A DNA stretch of 63,485 nucleotides, the filler included, from Parachlamydiales bacterium (lineage in GTDB: Bacteria > Chlamydiota > Chlamydiia > Chlamydiales > Parachlamydiaceae), in assembly GCA_020051075.1 (NCBI GenBank). It is 4 parts of 4 records of this genome, joined end to end, with 100 filler letters (N's around TTAATTAATTAA, not from the genome) between each part and the next. Parts side by side here need not be neighbours in the genome. Positions count along the whole stretch, not along the records: positions 16,777 to 41,379 come from JAGVJP010000055.1; 3 more parts are not named here. One strand, written 5' to 3'. The translations under genes were made by a program, and so were the position numbers. Every line of letters starts with the position of its first letter. Positions within the stretch are counted from its first letter, which is position 1. A model generated the notes under the pieces. That model saw only the letters and a list, made by a program, of their open reading frames with translations, had not been told where the DNA came from and did not search any database. This document shows, in pieces, positions 19,819 to 29,092 of this stretch.

Positions 19819-20750
19819 GATAAGCCTTCTTCGAGAGAGGTCTCGAAGGCAGATTTCACCCCTTCTCCAATTAAATTGAAGGCCAGCATCGTCAAGCTGA
19901 TGAAGAAAGCGGGAAAGAAAAGACGCCAAGGGTAAAACTGCAGGGCTGGCAGCCCTTCATTGGCCATCGTCCCCCAGCTGGCCAGCGGCGCCTGGATTCC
20001 TAATCCAATAAAACTGAGAAAAGCCTCAGAAAATATTGCTGATGGGATTGTTAGGGTAAGAACTGCTAAAATAGGCCCTTGGGCATTTGGCAGAAGATGA
20101 CGGAAAAGGAGCCTTGTAGAAGATGCTCCGAGGGCTCGGGCAGCCATGGCATAGTCGACTTCTTTGAGTAGAAGGATCTGTCCTCTGACGATCCGCGCCA
20201 TCGTGATCCATCCTGTCAAGGTGATCGCAACCAGTATTGAAAATAGGCCATTTCCCAAGAGCACTGTCAACAAGATGACCACGAGCAGATAGGGCAAAGA
20301 ATAGAGTGTGTCAGCGCATCGCATCATGATTTCATCACAGCGTCCTCCGACTAATCCGGCGATCCCTCCCCAGAGGATACCGATGATGAGGTCGATAAAT
20401 GCTGCTAGCAGCCCTACAGCAAGAGAGATTCGAGCTCCGTAGCAGATTCGGGTGAAGATATCTCTTCCTAGATCATCTGTGCCGAACCAAAACTGCAGTG
20501 AAGGGGAATGATTTTTAAAAGCGAGCTGTTGTCCTTCATAACTATACCCGCTTAGACTCGGTCCAAACAGCAGCAGTAAAAGAACTGGAAGGAATAGCAG
20601 CAGCCCTGTTAATGCAAGGGTATTCATTTTTAGACATTTCCATGGAGTGAGGCAGGTTTCATCGAGAGGCAACTCTTCTCCTTGGATTTGCTTTCTGTAA
20701 GGATTTAAATGAGTGTCTGTTGCAGACTGTTGCGAATGATCACTAATCAT
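19815..20750 (-). CDS. oppC: oligopeptide ABC transporter permease
   Basis: FGTDDLGRD, EAA-like loop, EAFLSFIGLG. Confidence 0.92.
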   Translation of the reverse strand: MISDHSQQSATDTHLNPYRKQIQGEELPLDETCLTPWKCLKMNTLALTGLLLFLPVLLLLLFGPSLSGYSYEGQQLAFKNHSPSLQFWFGTDDLGRDIFTRICYGARISLAVGLLAAFIDLIIGILWGGIAGLVGGRCDEIMMRCADTLYSLPYLLVVILLTVLLGNGLFSILVAITLTGWITMARIVRGQILLLKEVDYAMAARALGASSTRLLFRHLLPNAQGPILAVLTLTIPSAIFSEAFLSFIGLGIQAPLASWGTMANEGLPALQFYPWRLFFPAFFISLTMLAFNLIGEGVKSAFETSLEEGLS

Positions 20751-20754
20751 CGGA

Positions 20755-21684
20755 TCACCTTGTTCTCAGTCGGATACGCGGATCAACCACCCCATAGAGA
20801 AGATCGACAACGAAGACAGCAAACAATAATATTGCGCTGTAGAATATTGTCAGACCCATGATAAGGGGATAATCTCGGTTGCCTACGCTGTGAATGAACC
20901 ATTGACCCAATCCAGGGATGCTGAAGAGTTTTTCGACGACGAAGCTGCCGACGAGGACATTGGCTAGAAGCTGTCCAAGGTAGCTGAGAACGGGTAATAG
21001 CACATTAGGCAGGGCGTGGCGGCAGATCCAATAGAGAGGAGGAAGTCCTTTTGCTTTCGCCAATTTTATATAGTCCGTTTGGAGAACTTCCCTCATTCCG
21101 GAACGAGTAAGCCGTGTGATAAAAGCCATCGGACCTAACGCCAGAGCAATCGTTGGAAGAATCGTCTGTTCGAATGTCCCCCAACGGGCAAGGGGGAGCC
21201 AATGGAGCTGGATCGCAAAAAGATACTGGATCAGAGCAGCCAGAAGGAAGCTTGGAATGGAGATGCTTGCAGTAGTGATAATGAGAATGATGTTCTCCTG
21301 CCATTGGTGCGAATATAACGTTGAGCATATTCCGAGGATAATTCCGCAGCCAGTCGCTAAGATGAAAGCTTGTGCTCCTAACGTTGCAGAAACGATAAAG
21401 CCCTCTTGGATAATTGCTGTGACGCTTCTTCCAGGATATTTAATAGAATACCCGAGATCTCCCCGCAGAAGGTTGCTTAGGTAGTCCTTGTATTGGGCGA
21501 TCCAAGAGCGGTCCAACCCATAATGACGTTGCAGAGAAGATTGCATGTCTTGGCGGAGCGATTGTTCATCGCTGAAGGGGTCGCCTGGAGAGGCCATCAT
21601 CAGAAAGAAAGTCAATGTAACGATAGCGAGCAGGGAACTTGCCAAAGCTGCAAATTTTTTTAAGAAGTAGAGCACAAAATCCAT
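20755..21684 (-). CDS. oppB: oligopeptide ABC transporter permease
   Basis: PGDP, GDLGYS, DYIKLAKAKGL, VDPRIR. Confidence 0.92.
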   Translation of the reverse strand: MDFVLYFLKKFAALASSLLAIVTLTFFLMMASPGDPFSDEQSLRQDMQSSLQRHYGLDRSWIAQYKDYLSNLLRGDLGYSIKYPGRSVTAIIQEGFIVSATLGAQAFILATGCGIILGICSTLYSHQWQENIILIITTASISIPSFLLAALIQYLFAIQLHWLPLARWGTFEQTILPTIALALGPMAFITRLTRSGMREVLQTDYIKLAKAKGLPPLYWICRHALPNVLLPVLSYLGQLLANVLVGSFVVEKLFSIPGLGQWFIHSVGNRDYPLIMGLTIFYSAILLFAVFVVDLLYGVVDPRIRLRTR

Positions 21685-21689
21685 AAGCG

Positions 21690-23285
21690 TTATTGAATGT
21701 AGGCGCGTCTAAAATCGAGGTAGCCGAGATCGGAGAAAGTGACTCCCTTGACTTCAGGTCTTTTGACATAATTATAGGAGTCATAGAATAGAGGGATGAC
21801 AGGCATCTCGCTGATAAAAATCCTTTCAGCTTCTTTCAGCTGATCGTTTCGTTTTTTACTGTTGTCAATCGAAGTCGATTGATCGAGTAAAGTGATGAAG
21901 CGGTGGTTTTCCCATTGCGTGTTATTTGTTCCATTATCTTTGAATTTAAAGACTTCCAGGAAGTTGATGGGATCCCGGATGTCGGCAAACCAAGAGCCGA
22001 TGCTGACATCGTAGTCGAGGTTTTTCAGTTTTTCCATAAAAGTCTTGCCTTCACATCTGTTCAACTGAACATCTATTCCTAAAGCTTGCTTCCATTGCTG
22101 CTGAACGACCTGAGCAATTTTATGTGCCCTTTCAGTGGAACCATAGCAGATGGCGATAGAAGGAAATGTATTTTGGCTTAGATGAATTTCTGCTAATCCT
22201 TTTTTGAACAGTTCTCTTGCTTTTTCAACTGAATTGTCATTGAAATAGGGTTGGCTTTCAATCCAGGAGGGGGGGATAAGTCCGAATGCTGGCTGCTGGT
22301 TTCCTTGTAATACATGGTTGACAAGCTCTTCTCTGTTTATTGCGAAGGCAAGGGCTTTTCGTATTCTAGGGTTGCTTAATGACGCTTTGCCAGTGTTTAT
22401 TCGCATCAATGAGACACCGGCCGAAGGTTTGATTTCGAGCTGTCCTGATTCTTTCAATGAATTCAAGGCCTCTGGAGATAGCGTTGAGAGTGGAGATCCA
22501 ATCCAGTCTAAACTCCCTTGTTGGTAAGCTTGGAGGGCTGTGGAGTTGTCGAGGAGAATGAATGTGATCTGATCGAGTCGAATATTGTCTCGATTCCAAT
22601 AATAGGGATTCGGTTCGACTGTCAGCTCATTTTGCCGCTTCCAACTCACTAGTTTGAAGGGACCATTGGTGACAATATCAGTATCTGCAATCGATTGACT
22701 TGTATTGAGTGGGTGGTGCCTCAATGAGCCGTGGACGGGAAAGCAGAAATGACTGGCTGTCAGATGGAGAAAATAGGGAGTTGGAATTTCAAGTTCAACT
22801 TCAAGTGTTGAGTCGTCGAGAGCCCTGACACCGACATTCTCAATATCAGTCCGACCCTCTTTTGCTGCCTGGCCATTTTTGATGACATAGAGTTGATAGG
22901 CATTAGGGGAGGGGAATTCAGGGTCAAGAGTGCTTTTCCATGATCTCTCAAAATCGAATGCGGTGACTTTCTGACCGTTTGACCAATGGCTTGGCTTCAA
23001 TTTAAAGAGGTATTTCTTTTGGTCGGGAGAGATGATGATTTCTTCAGCTATTGCTGGCTGAGGCTTCCCTTGGTCATCGTAGTAAGTTAAGCCCTCGTAT
23101 AGCATGTGGATTGTTGTCACTGAGGCTAAATCTCGATTCCGCCGAGGATCTAGAGAGTAGGGTTCTGTTTCGCAGCTGATCCGGAGGACTTTTTGCTGGC
23201 TAGCGATGGGGGTCGGTTCCCGACAAGCTGTGAAAGCAAGCAGGCAAAATGGAATTAATAGCAGACAGCTGTACTTTCTTAACAT
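21690..23285 (-). CDS. oppA: oligopeptide-binding lipoprotein
   Basis: Lipobox AFTAC, SLDP, YEGL, WSNG, NGPFKL. Confidence 0.92.
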   Translation of the reverse strand: MLRKYSCLLLIPFCLLAFTACREPTPIASQQKVLRISCETEPYSLDPRRNRDLASVTTIHMLYEGLTYYDDQGKPQPAIAEEIIISPDQKKYLFKLKPSHWSNGQKVTAFDFERSWKSTLDPEFPSPNAYQLYVIKNGQAAKEGRTDIENVGVRALDDSTLEVELEIPTPYFLHLTASHFCFPVHGSLRHHPLNTSQSIADTDIVTNGPFKLVSWKRQNELTVEPNPYYWNRDNIRLDQITFILLDNSTALQAYQQGSLDWIGSPLSTLSPEALNSLKESGQLEIKPSAGVSLMRINTGKASLSNPRIRKALAFAINREELVNHVLQGNQQPAFGLIPPSWIESQPYFNDNSVEKARELFKKGLAEIHLSQNTFPSIAICYGSTERAHKIAQVVQQQWKQALGIDVQLNRCEGKTFMEKLKNLDYDVSIGSWFADIRDPINFLEVFKFKDNGTNNTQWENHRFITLLDQSTSIDNSKKRNDQLKEAERIFISEMPVIPLFYDSYNYVKRPEVKGVTFSDLGYLDFRRAYIQ

Positions 23286-23432
23286 ATGACATCACCTCGC
23301 TGTAAAAGAGAGGTCATTGTAAGAAATTAGCTTAAATGTGCAAAGAAAAAACGTCACTATTCACGTCCCCTCCTTTTTTTAACGCAAATGAAGCGATTGT
23401 GGGTGAGGAAATGGCCGTCCTCTCACAATAGG

Positions 23433-23522
23433 AAGGGACCTAAGGGTAAGGGACAAGGGACCTAAGGGTAAGGGACAAGGGACCAAAAGGACCTAAGGGA
23501 CGAAAGGGACCTAAAAAAGGAC
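23433..23522. repeat. AAGGGAC-based tandem repeat tract
   Basis: Two exact 22-nt units AAGGGACCTAAGGGTAAGGGAC, followed by degenerate ~9-nt units. Confidence 0.8.
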
Positions 23523-23623
23523 ATAAAGAACACATTAATGTATTAACGTTCAATCTGTTACGAATTAATTAATGAATTCCCTCTTCGTCCCTTATAGATC
23601 CCTTTTAAGTGTGAAGAATAATC

Positions 23624-23672
23624 TTTCTTATCCTGTCTATCTTGCCGCGAAGCGATCCTGCCTATCCTGTTC
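23624..23672. repeat. family A half element
   Basis: ATCTTGCCGCGAAGCGATCCTGCCTATCCTG, similar to 28985-29020. Confidence 0.65.
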
Positions 23673-23693
23673 ATATTGAGTTGCAGTAGTGGA

Positions 23694-24122
23694 TTAATCC
23701 AAGACTGTCACTTTAACGTCGACATTGCCCCGCGTTGCATTAGAATAAGGGCACACTTGGTTATGGGCTTCAGCAACAAGCGCTTCTGCTTCTGCGTGAG
23801 AAACGCCAGCAAGCCGGACGTCGAGTTCGACTCCCAGTTCAAAGCCTCCTTTATCTCTTGGTCCGATGCTCACTCGAGCAGTGACTTGAATATCTTTAAG
23901 AGTTTTCTTGTGCTGGTGGGCAACATATTCAATGGCTCCTCCAAAGCAAGCGGAATACCCGATGGCAAAAAGCTGTTCGGGGTTGACTCCAACTTTTCCG
24001 GTGCCTCCCATTTCCTTAGGGACTGCTAAATCTAGTTTAAGAGAACCATCTGACGTTTCGCCATGGCCGTTGCGTCCCCCAATGGAAGTTGCTTCTGCGG
24101 TATATAATTTTGTTTTCATCAT
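23694..24122 (-). CDS. ohr: organic hydroperoxide resistance protein
   Basis: GGRNG, NPEQLFAIGYSACF, VCPYSNATRGN. Confidence 0.95.
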   Translation of the reverse strand: MMKTKLYTAEATSIGGRNGHGETSDGSLKLDLAVPKEMGGTGKVGVNPEQLFAIGYSACFGGAIEYVAHQHKKTLKDIQVTARVSIGPRDKGGFELGVELDVRLAGVSHAEAEALVAEAHNQVCPYSNATRGNVDVKVTVLD

Positions 24123-24155
24123 ATCAATCTCCTTTTCTTGTAACGATGTATTGAT

Positions 24156-25016
24156 TCAGCCGTTTTCAGTGACAGTATTTTCAAAACGTCGACGAGAGCC
24201 TCTGAAAACTCCCCGTGCTTGATTTTTTATTGCTACATTGAGGGCTTGAATCACTTTAACGCCTTTCTCGACGTGATCTTGCGTATAGTTTTCAAAGACG
24301 ATTTTAGAACTTTGTTTTGTCTTGATCCCGTTCGAATCTAGAGGAAGGTCTGAAATTAACAGCAAGGCTCCCAATGGAAGGCGTTGATGGTATCCGGCAA
24401 TAAACAGCGTTGCACATTCCATTTCGATCGATTGTGCACGTGACGCCTTCAGCCGATCTTTGAAATTTTTATCAAATTCCCAGAACCGTTTATTTGTCGT
24501 ATGGGTTATTCCTACATGGTAATGAGCTTCTTCTTCATCGAGAACATTAGTCACGATTTTCTGCACAAGGAAATTTGACATCGCAGGAACTTCAGCAGGG
24601 AAATAGAAATCGGAAGTTCCTTCACCTCTGATGCTTGCGACAGGGACAAAGTAATCTCCCACTTGATAAGTGCGTCGAAGGCCGCCGCACATCCCCAATA
24701 AAAGGCCCGCTCGAATGGGGAGGAAAGCGCAGATATCGACGACTAATGCCGCTGCTGGAGATCCGATTTTGAAGTCTAAGATGGTGATATTTTCTTTGGG
24801 CGAGTGGGCAACTTTGAACGTTGATCCTTCATGAATGTCTAGCCCTCTGCTCTCGGCGAAATATTGGACATAGCGAGAAAAGTTTGTCAGCAAGATATAA
24901 GACTGGAAATCCTCTACACTGGAACCGGAATAGCGTTCTAATGTATCGCGTGCAATCTTTTCTTGCAGAAGCATTTCTTGATTTGAAGGAGTGTGTGTTG
25001 AGTCTTCTGAAGGCAT
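24156..25016 (-). CDS. amn: AMP nucleosidase
   Basis: LERYSGS, ILLTNF, GMCGGL, RGEGTSD, EMECATLF, LLISDLP. Probable start is ATG 25016. Confidence 0.9.
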   Translation of the reverse strand: MPSEDSTHTPSNQEMLLQEKIARDTLERYSGSSVEDFQSYILLTNFSRYVQYFAESRGLDIHEGSTFKVAHSPKENITILDFKIGSPAAALVVDICAFLPIRAGLLLGMCGGLRRTYQVGDYFVPVASIRGEGTSDFYFPAEVPAMSNFLVQKIVTNVLDEEEAHYHVGITHTTNKRFWEFDKNFKDRLKASRAQSIEMECATLFIAGYHQRLPLGALLLISDLPLDSNGIKTKQSSKIVFENYTQDHVEKGVKVIQALNVAIKNQARGVFRGSRRRFENTVTENG

Positions 25017-25038
25017 ATTTTGATCACTTTTTTTAAAC

Positions 25039-25269
25039 TTACGATATTTCTGGGTCATGGCCCAAAAGAGGCCCAAAGGTATGTTGGATTTTTTTTAATA
25101 CCTTAAATGATTTATTGCAACGGGGACAATTCACTTCTTTCTGAACGACGCTGAAGCGCTGCTCGTATTTTTCTCGGCATTCGGTGACATAGCCACAATG
25201 TGGACAGCGGTGGTAGTGGAGAACCATATCCCAGGTGTGGTTGCCATGCTGTTGTTTTGATTGAGTCAC
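25039..25269 (-). CDS. small zinc-ribbon protein
   Basis: CPHC...CPRC; overlaps the neighbouring upstream ORF by 4 nt. Confidence 0.65.
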   Translation of the reverse strand: MTQSKQQHGNHTWDMVLHYHRCPHCGYVTECREKYEQRFSVVQKEVNCPRCNKSFKVLKKIQHTFGPLLGHDPEIS

Positions 25270-25493
25270 GAGTGATTTCTCTTGTTAAACCAATATGTCA
25301 TCAACCTGCTCCATAAGCTCTTTTTTCTCTTCCCTGTTTTATGGTGATTGAGGCCCCAGCCGTTGAGATCGTGCATTTCACAACCGATAATTCCCTTTCC
25401 TGGCTCCACCTTTTCTTTGATGAGCGGGCGATCGATGCGATAATCGCGATATTCTCTAAACCACATTTCATCTTCCTTTAACTCAGACCACAC
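25266..25493 (-). CDS. small hypothetical protein
   Basis: 75-aa ORF whose stop overlaps the next ORF. Confidence 0.5.
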   Translation of the reverse strand: MWSELKEDEMWFREYRDYRIDRPLIKEKVEPGKGIIGCEMHDLNGWGLNHHKTGKRKKSLWSRLMTYWFNKRNHS

Positions 25494-25503
25494 ACTCTCT
25501 CTC

Positions 25504-25600
25504 TTTAACGCAAAGACACAAAGAGAGTGACAAGGTTTGGGGTGGAGAGTTTCATCCCTTCTTTGCGCCTTTGCACCTCTTGTGCTCCTTTGCGTTAAAA
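25504..25600. repeat. family B palindromic repeat
   Basis: TTTAACGCAAAG...CTTTGCGTTAAA arms. Confidence 0.7.
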
Positions 25601-25721
25601 AAAGGACCTGCTTTTTTTCTTATCTTATGAATTTGTTGAATTCTTGCATACTCTTCAGTTATATTATTATTCACAATATGAAAGTGTGTAAGAAGCCCCA
25701 ACCCCCCAAACGAGGATATTT

Positions 25722-26297
25722 ATGGCTCAGCAAGCGAGTACTAACGAAATTAAACCCGGATTTAAGGTTGAAGTTGATGGACAGCCTTATGTGGTTATCA
25801 TCAATGATTTTGTCAAGCCTGGAAAAGGTCAAGCGATTAACAGAATTAAAATTAAGCATCTGTTAACAGGACGGGTGATTGAACGTACCTACAAATCTGG
25901 AGATAAACTTGATCTCGCTGATGTTGCGGAAGAAAAAATGCGGCTTCTTTATAAAGAGGCTGATGGTTTTGTCTTTATGGATGAAAAGACCTATGAGCAA
26001 ATTAAAATTCCTTTTGACAGTATTGGAGATACCGCTCAGTGGCTCCTTGACGATCATCTCTATGAGGTGATCTTCTACAACGGCACCCCCGTTAACGTTG
26101 AGCCGCCGACTTTTATTGAAATGGTCATCACAGAGACTTTACCCGGAGCTCGGGGCGATACGGTGTCAGGCCGTGTACTAAAGCCTGCGGTCTTGGAGAG
26201 CGGTGCAAAGGTTCAAGTGCCGATTTTCATTGAACAGGGAGAAAAAATCAAAGTGGATACGCGAACTGGAGAGTATGTTTCACGTGTTACAGGATGA
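25722..26297 (+). CDS. efp: elongation factor P
   Basis: KPGKGQA, PGARGDT, KPAVLESG, DTRTGEY. Confidence 0.97.
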   Translation: MAQQASTNEIKPGFKVEVDGQPYVVIINDFVKPGKGQAINRIKIKHLLTGRVIERTYKSGDKLDLADVAEEKMRLLYKEADGFVFMDEKTYEQIKIPFDSIGDTAQWLLDDHLYEVIFYNGTPVNVEPPTFIEMVITETLPGARGDTVSGRVLKPAVLESGAKVQVPIFIEQGEKIKVDTRTGEYVSRVTG

Positions 26298-27261
26298 CGT
26301 CTACACTGAAAATCTTTACGACACGAAAGTCAAACGGTTAAAAGATCGGGCAGCCCTTCTTAAAAGAGCTCGGGACTTTTTTGATCTGAGGGGAGTGCTT
26401 GAAGTCGATTGTCCCATTTTGTCAGCATATGCTTCTGTGGATGCTCACATCGATCTGTTGACAGCTAACTATCGAGAGAAAGAAATTTATTATATGCATT
26501 CTTCCCCAGAATATGGGATGAAGCGGCTGATTGCTGAAGGCATCGGCGACATCTATCAGCTGTCGCATGTGTTCCGGGATGGGGAGTTGAGTCACAAGCA
26601 CAATCCTGAGTTCACAATGGCTGAATGGTACCGGATAGGGTTTACTTTCGAACAGATGATCGAGGAAACGGTCGATTTTATTCGCCTTTTTTTAGGGCAG
26701 TATCCGAGTCGAATCGTGAGCTATCGGGAATTATTCTTGCAGAAAACAGGAGTTGATTACACCCTGTCTTCTGAGGAAGACCTCTTTGCCTATATTCAAC
26801 GCCATTCCATCCCCTATTATCCTAGTGTGGTTGAAGAGGGAAGGGACGCGCTTCTCAACCTGATCCTTGGGAGTGTCATTGAACCCGAGCTAGGCAAAGA
26901 TGAGCTCACCGTCCTGGCCTATTACCCCTCTTCACAAGCTGCTCTTGCAAGGCGGCGTTGGCACGGACAAGAAGAGGTTGCTGAGCGGTTTGAAGTTTAC
27001 TTCCAAGGCGTTGAGCTCGCCAATGGCTATCATGAACTGGCTGATGCTGTCGAGCAGCGGCTCCGTTTTGGAGAGTCAAATCAGCAGAGGGTGGCTCTTG
27101 GGAAAAAAACACTCCCTCTCGATGAATTCTTCTTGAAAGCTCTCGAGAAAGGGTTGCCTGACTGTTGCGGGGTGGCGGTAGGATTTGACCGGTTGGTGAT
27201 GATTCGGCAAGGTCAGCACGACATCGCTGAATCGATTCCTTGGGGTTGGAAGCTGACTTGA
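26275..27261 (+). CDS. epmA: EF-P lysine aminoacylase EpmA (GenX/PoxA)
   Basis: SSPEYGMKRL, HNPEFTMAEWY, ELANGYHEL, GVAVGFDRL; adjacent to efp. Confidence 0.93.
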   Translation: MFHVLQDDVYTENLYDTKVKRLKDRAALLKRARDFFDLRGVLEVDCPILSAYASVDAHIDLLTANYREKEIYYMHSSPEYGMKRLIAEGIGDIYQLSHVFRDGELSHKHNPEFTMAEWYRIGFTFEQMIEETVDFIRLFLGQYPSRIVSYRELFLQKTGVDYTLSSEEDLFAYIQRHSIPYYPSVVEEGRDALLNLILGSVIEPELGKDELTVLAYYPSSQAALARRRWHGQEEVAERFEVYFQGVELANGYHELADAVEQRLRFGESNQQRVALGKKTLPLDEFFLKALEKGLPDCCGVAVGFDRLVMIRQGQHDIAESIPWGWKLT

Positions 27262-27402
27262 AACTGACCTTGTATTTGAAATAGAATTTTGATATGGAAA
27301 ATAATTGTGAAACCAGACAAAGTGATAGAAGGTTTCTAATCAAGAAGAGACAAAAAAGTAAGAAGATATAATTCAATTATCCACATAAGAATCGCGTAAC
27401 TC

Positions 27403-28773
27403 ATGGCTATTTCAACATCTCCTTATGACTGGGTCAGAACTCTTAAACCTCATTTAAAAGAACTGGATGCTATTCCCCTGACAGGAACTGCCCCTTCTTT
27501 TCCTTGGGAAGAACTTTCCGATCGACTCTCTGCGGCTTTTGAAAATGAAACTTTCTGCATTCGTCCAGGGGAAATTGCTTGGAGATCGAAGGAAGCTTTA
27601 TTCGAAGGGTTGGAAGAATCTCCTAAGCCTTTTCAATTCACCCTTCCCTCTCTTCAAGGAAATGCGTGGTGGCTGATCCCTAACTATCAGCTGCTTAAGT
27701 TGGGACGTTCGCTTCTGACTGACCCCTCTCATCGATCAGAGCTGCTTGATGAAGGGATTGCTGGAACGTTCACTCAATTCCTTTTGTACGAGATCCTGTT
27801 TCAAATTGAGCAGCTTCCTACCAGCACGATCCTGTCTCCTGTGCTTAATTCGGTCTCTTCACTGCCTAATGAAGACGCTCTTTGTTTAGAGATCATGATT
27901 TCTATCGATGGTCAAGCGATTCTCAGTCGTTTGGTGATTTCGCCGGAGCTGCGTCAATCTTGGGTGGAATACCATCAACAGCATTATGAGAGATCTGTTT
28001 TATATGAGGAGTTAGCTAAAATCGTCGATGTGACGTTGCATATTGAAGTGGGTAAAACTGAACTAACCCTTCAAGAATGGTCGACCGTAGAATTAGGCGA
28101 CTGCATTCTCCTGGACCACTGTTCGCTCAAAAACGATACGTTAGAGGGTAAAGTGGTGATGACCATTGATCGACGGGAAGCTCTTCGAGCTAAGCTTAAA
28201 GACGGCAATCTTAAAATATTAGAACTTCCCATATTTCACGAGGTGGATATCCCTATGGATGAACAAAATGAACATGATGATGAAGACGAAGACGAAGATT
28301 TATTCAGCGATTTAGAATTTCCTGAAGAGGATAACGACGATGAAGATTTCAACGATTTTGATGAAGATGAGGATCTTATCAGTGAGTTGGATGAAGATCA
28401 TCTTGAAGAAGAAGGTGTTTCAGAAGAGATTTCTGAGGCTGCTGAAGCTGGTGAAACTGAAACCACTGCTGAGTTAGCTGAAGAGAAAGCAGAGTTTGAA
28501 GAGCCAGTGATGGCTGCCCCTGTCGAAGAAGAAAAAGGGCCAATGACACCAGGAGAGATTCCTGTGACTGTTGTGATTGAAGCGGGGTGCGTGCAGATGA
28601 CAATGGATCAGCTGCTGCAGCTTGAACCAGGCAACTTATTAGAGCTAAATATCCGCCCTGAAAGCGGCGTCGACCTGACCATCAATGGAAAAATCGTTGG
28701 CAAGGGTGAACTGATTAAATTGGGCGAGACCCTTGGCGTGCGGGTTCTGAAGCTGGGACGGCGTCAGTTGTAA
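27403..28773 (+). CDS. sctQ: type III secretion cytoplasmic ring protein SctQ/CdsQ
   Basis: C-terminal SpoA domain (LLQLEPGNLLEL..VDLTINGKIVGKGELIKLGETLGVRVL) and a long acidic linker; followed by pkn5 as in Chlamydia. Confidence 0.9.
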   Translation: MAISTSPYDWVRTLKPHLKELDAIPLTGTAPSFPWEELSDRLSAAFENETFCIRPGEIAWRSKEALFEGLEESPKPFQFTLPSLQGNAWWLIPNYQLLKLGRSLLTDPSHRSELLDEGIAGTFTQFLLYEILFQIEQLPTSTILSPVLNSVSSLPNEDALCLEIMISIDGQAILSRLVISPELRQSWVEYHQQHYERSVLYEELAKIVDVTLHIEVGKTELTLQEWSTVELGDCILLDHCSLKNDTLEGKVVMTIDRREALRAKLKDGNLKILELPIFHEVDIPMDEQNEHDDEDEDEDLFSDLEFPEEDNDDEDFNDFDEDEDLISELDEDHLEEEGVSEEISEAAEAGETETTAELAEEKAEFEEPVMAAPVEEEKGPMTPGEIPVTVVIEAGCVQMTMDQLLQLEPGNLLELNIRPESGVDLTINGKIVGKGELIKLGETLGVRVLKLGRRQL

Positions 28774-28780
28774 CTCACAA

Positions 28781-29039
28781 GATAGACAGGATAAGGGACA
28801 AAAACAGGATGAGCAGGATCGCTTCGCGGCAGGATAGGCAAGATAAAAATTGACAGGATGGGAAGGATTAGAAGGATGGGAAAGCATTTTATTTAATGGA
28901 AAGTCATTCGTTATCTTGCCTAAAATCTCATCATCATCTTTTCTATCCTTCCCATCTTGTCAATTTTTTTGTTTTTTATTTTGCCTATCCTGCCGCGAAG
29001 CGATCCTGCCCCTCCTGTTTTGTCCCTTATCTTGTCTCT
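28781..29039. repeat. ~260-bp family A inverted repeat between sctQ and pkn5
   Basis: The left arm (GACAGGATAAGGGACAAAA..GCAGGATCGCTTCGCGGCAGGATAGGCAA..TTGACAGGATGGGAAGGAT) is mirrored at 28940-29039. Confidence 0.88.
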
Positions 29040-29092
29040 CTAGTTTATCATTGACAGTTCTTGATGATTTGCTCTATTTTGTTGCTCAATAA

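Noticed and set aside
23433..23522. Possible CRISPR array
   Set aside because: The units are directly tandem with no unique spacers, and there are no cas genes.
28255..28530. GAA/GAT-rich low-complexity DNA
   Set aside because: Explained by the acidic linker of SctQ.
28850..29092. Short ORFs over the sctQ-pkn5 intergenic region (also 28645-28887)
   Set aside because: They are translations of the family A inverted repeat.
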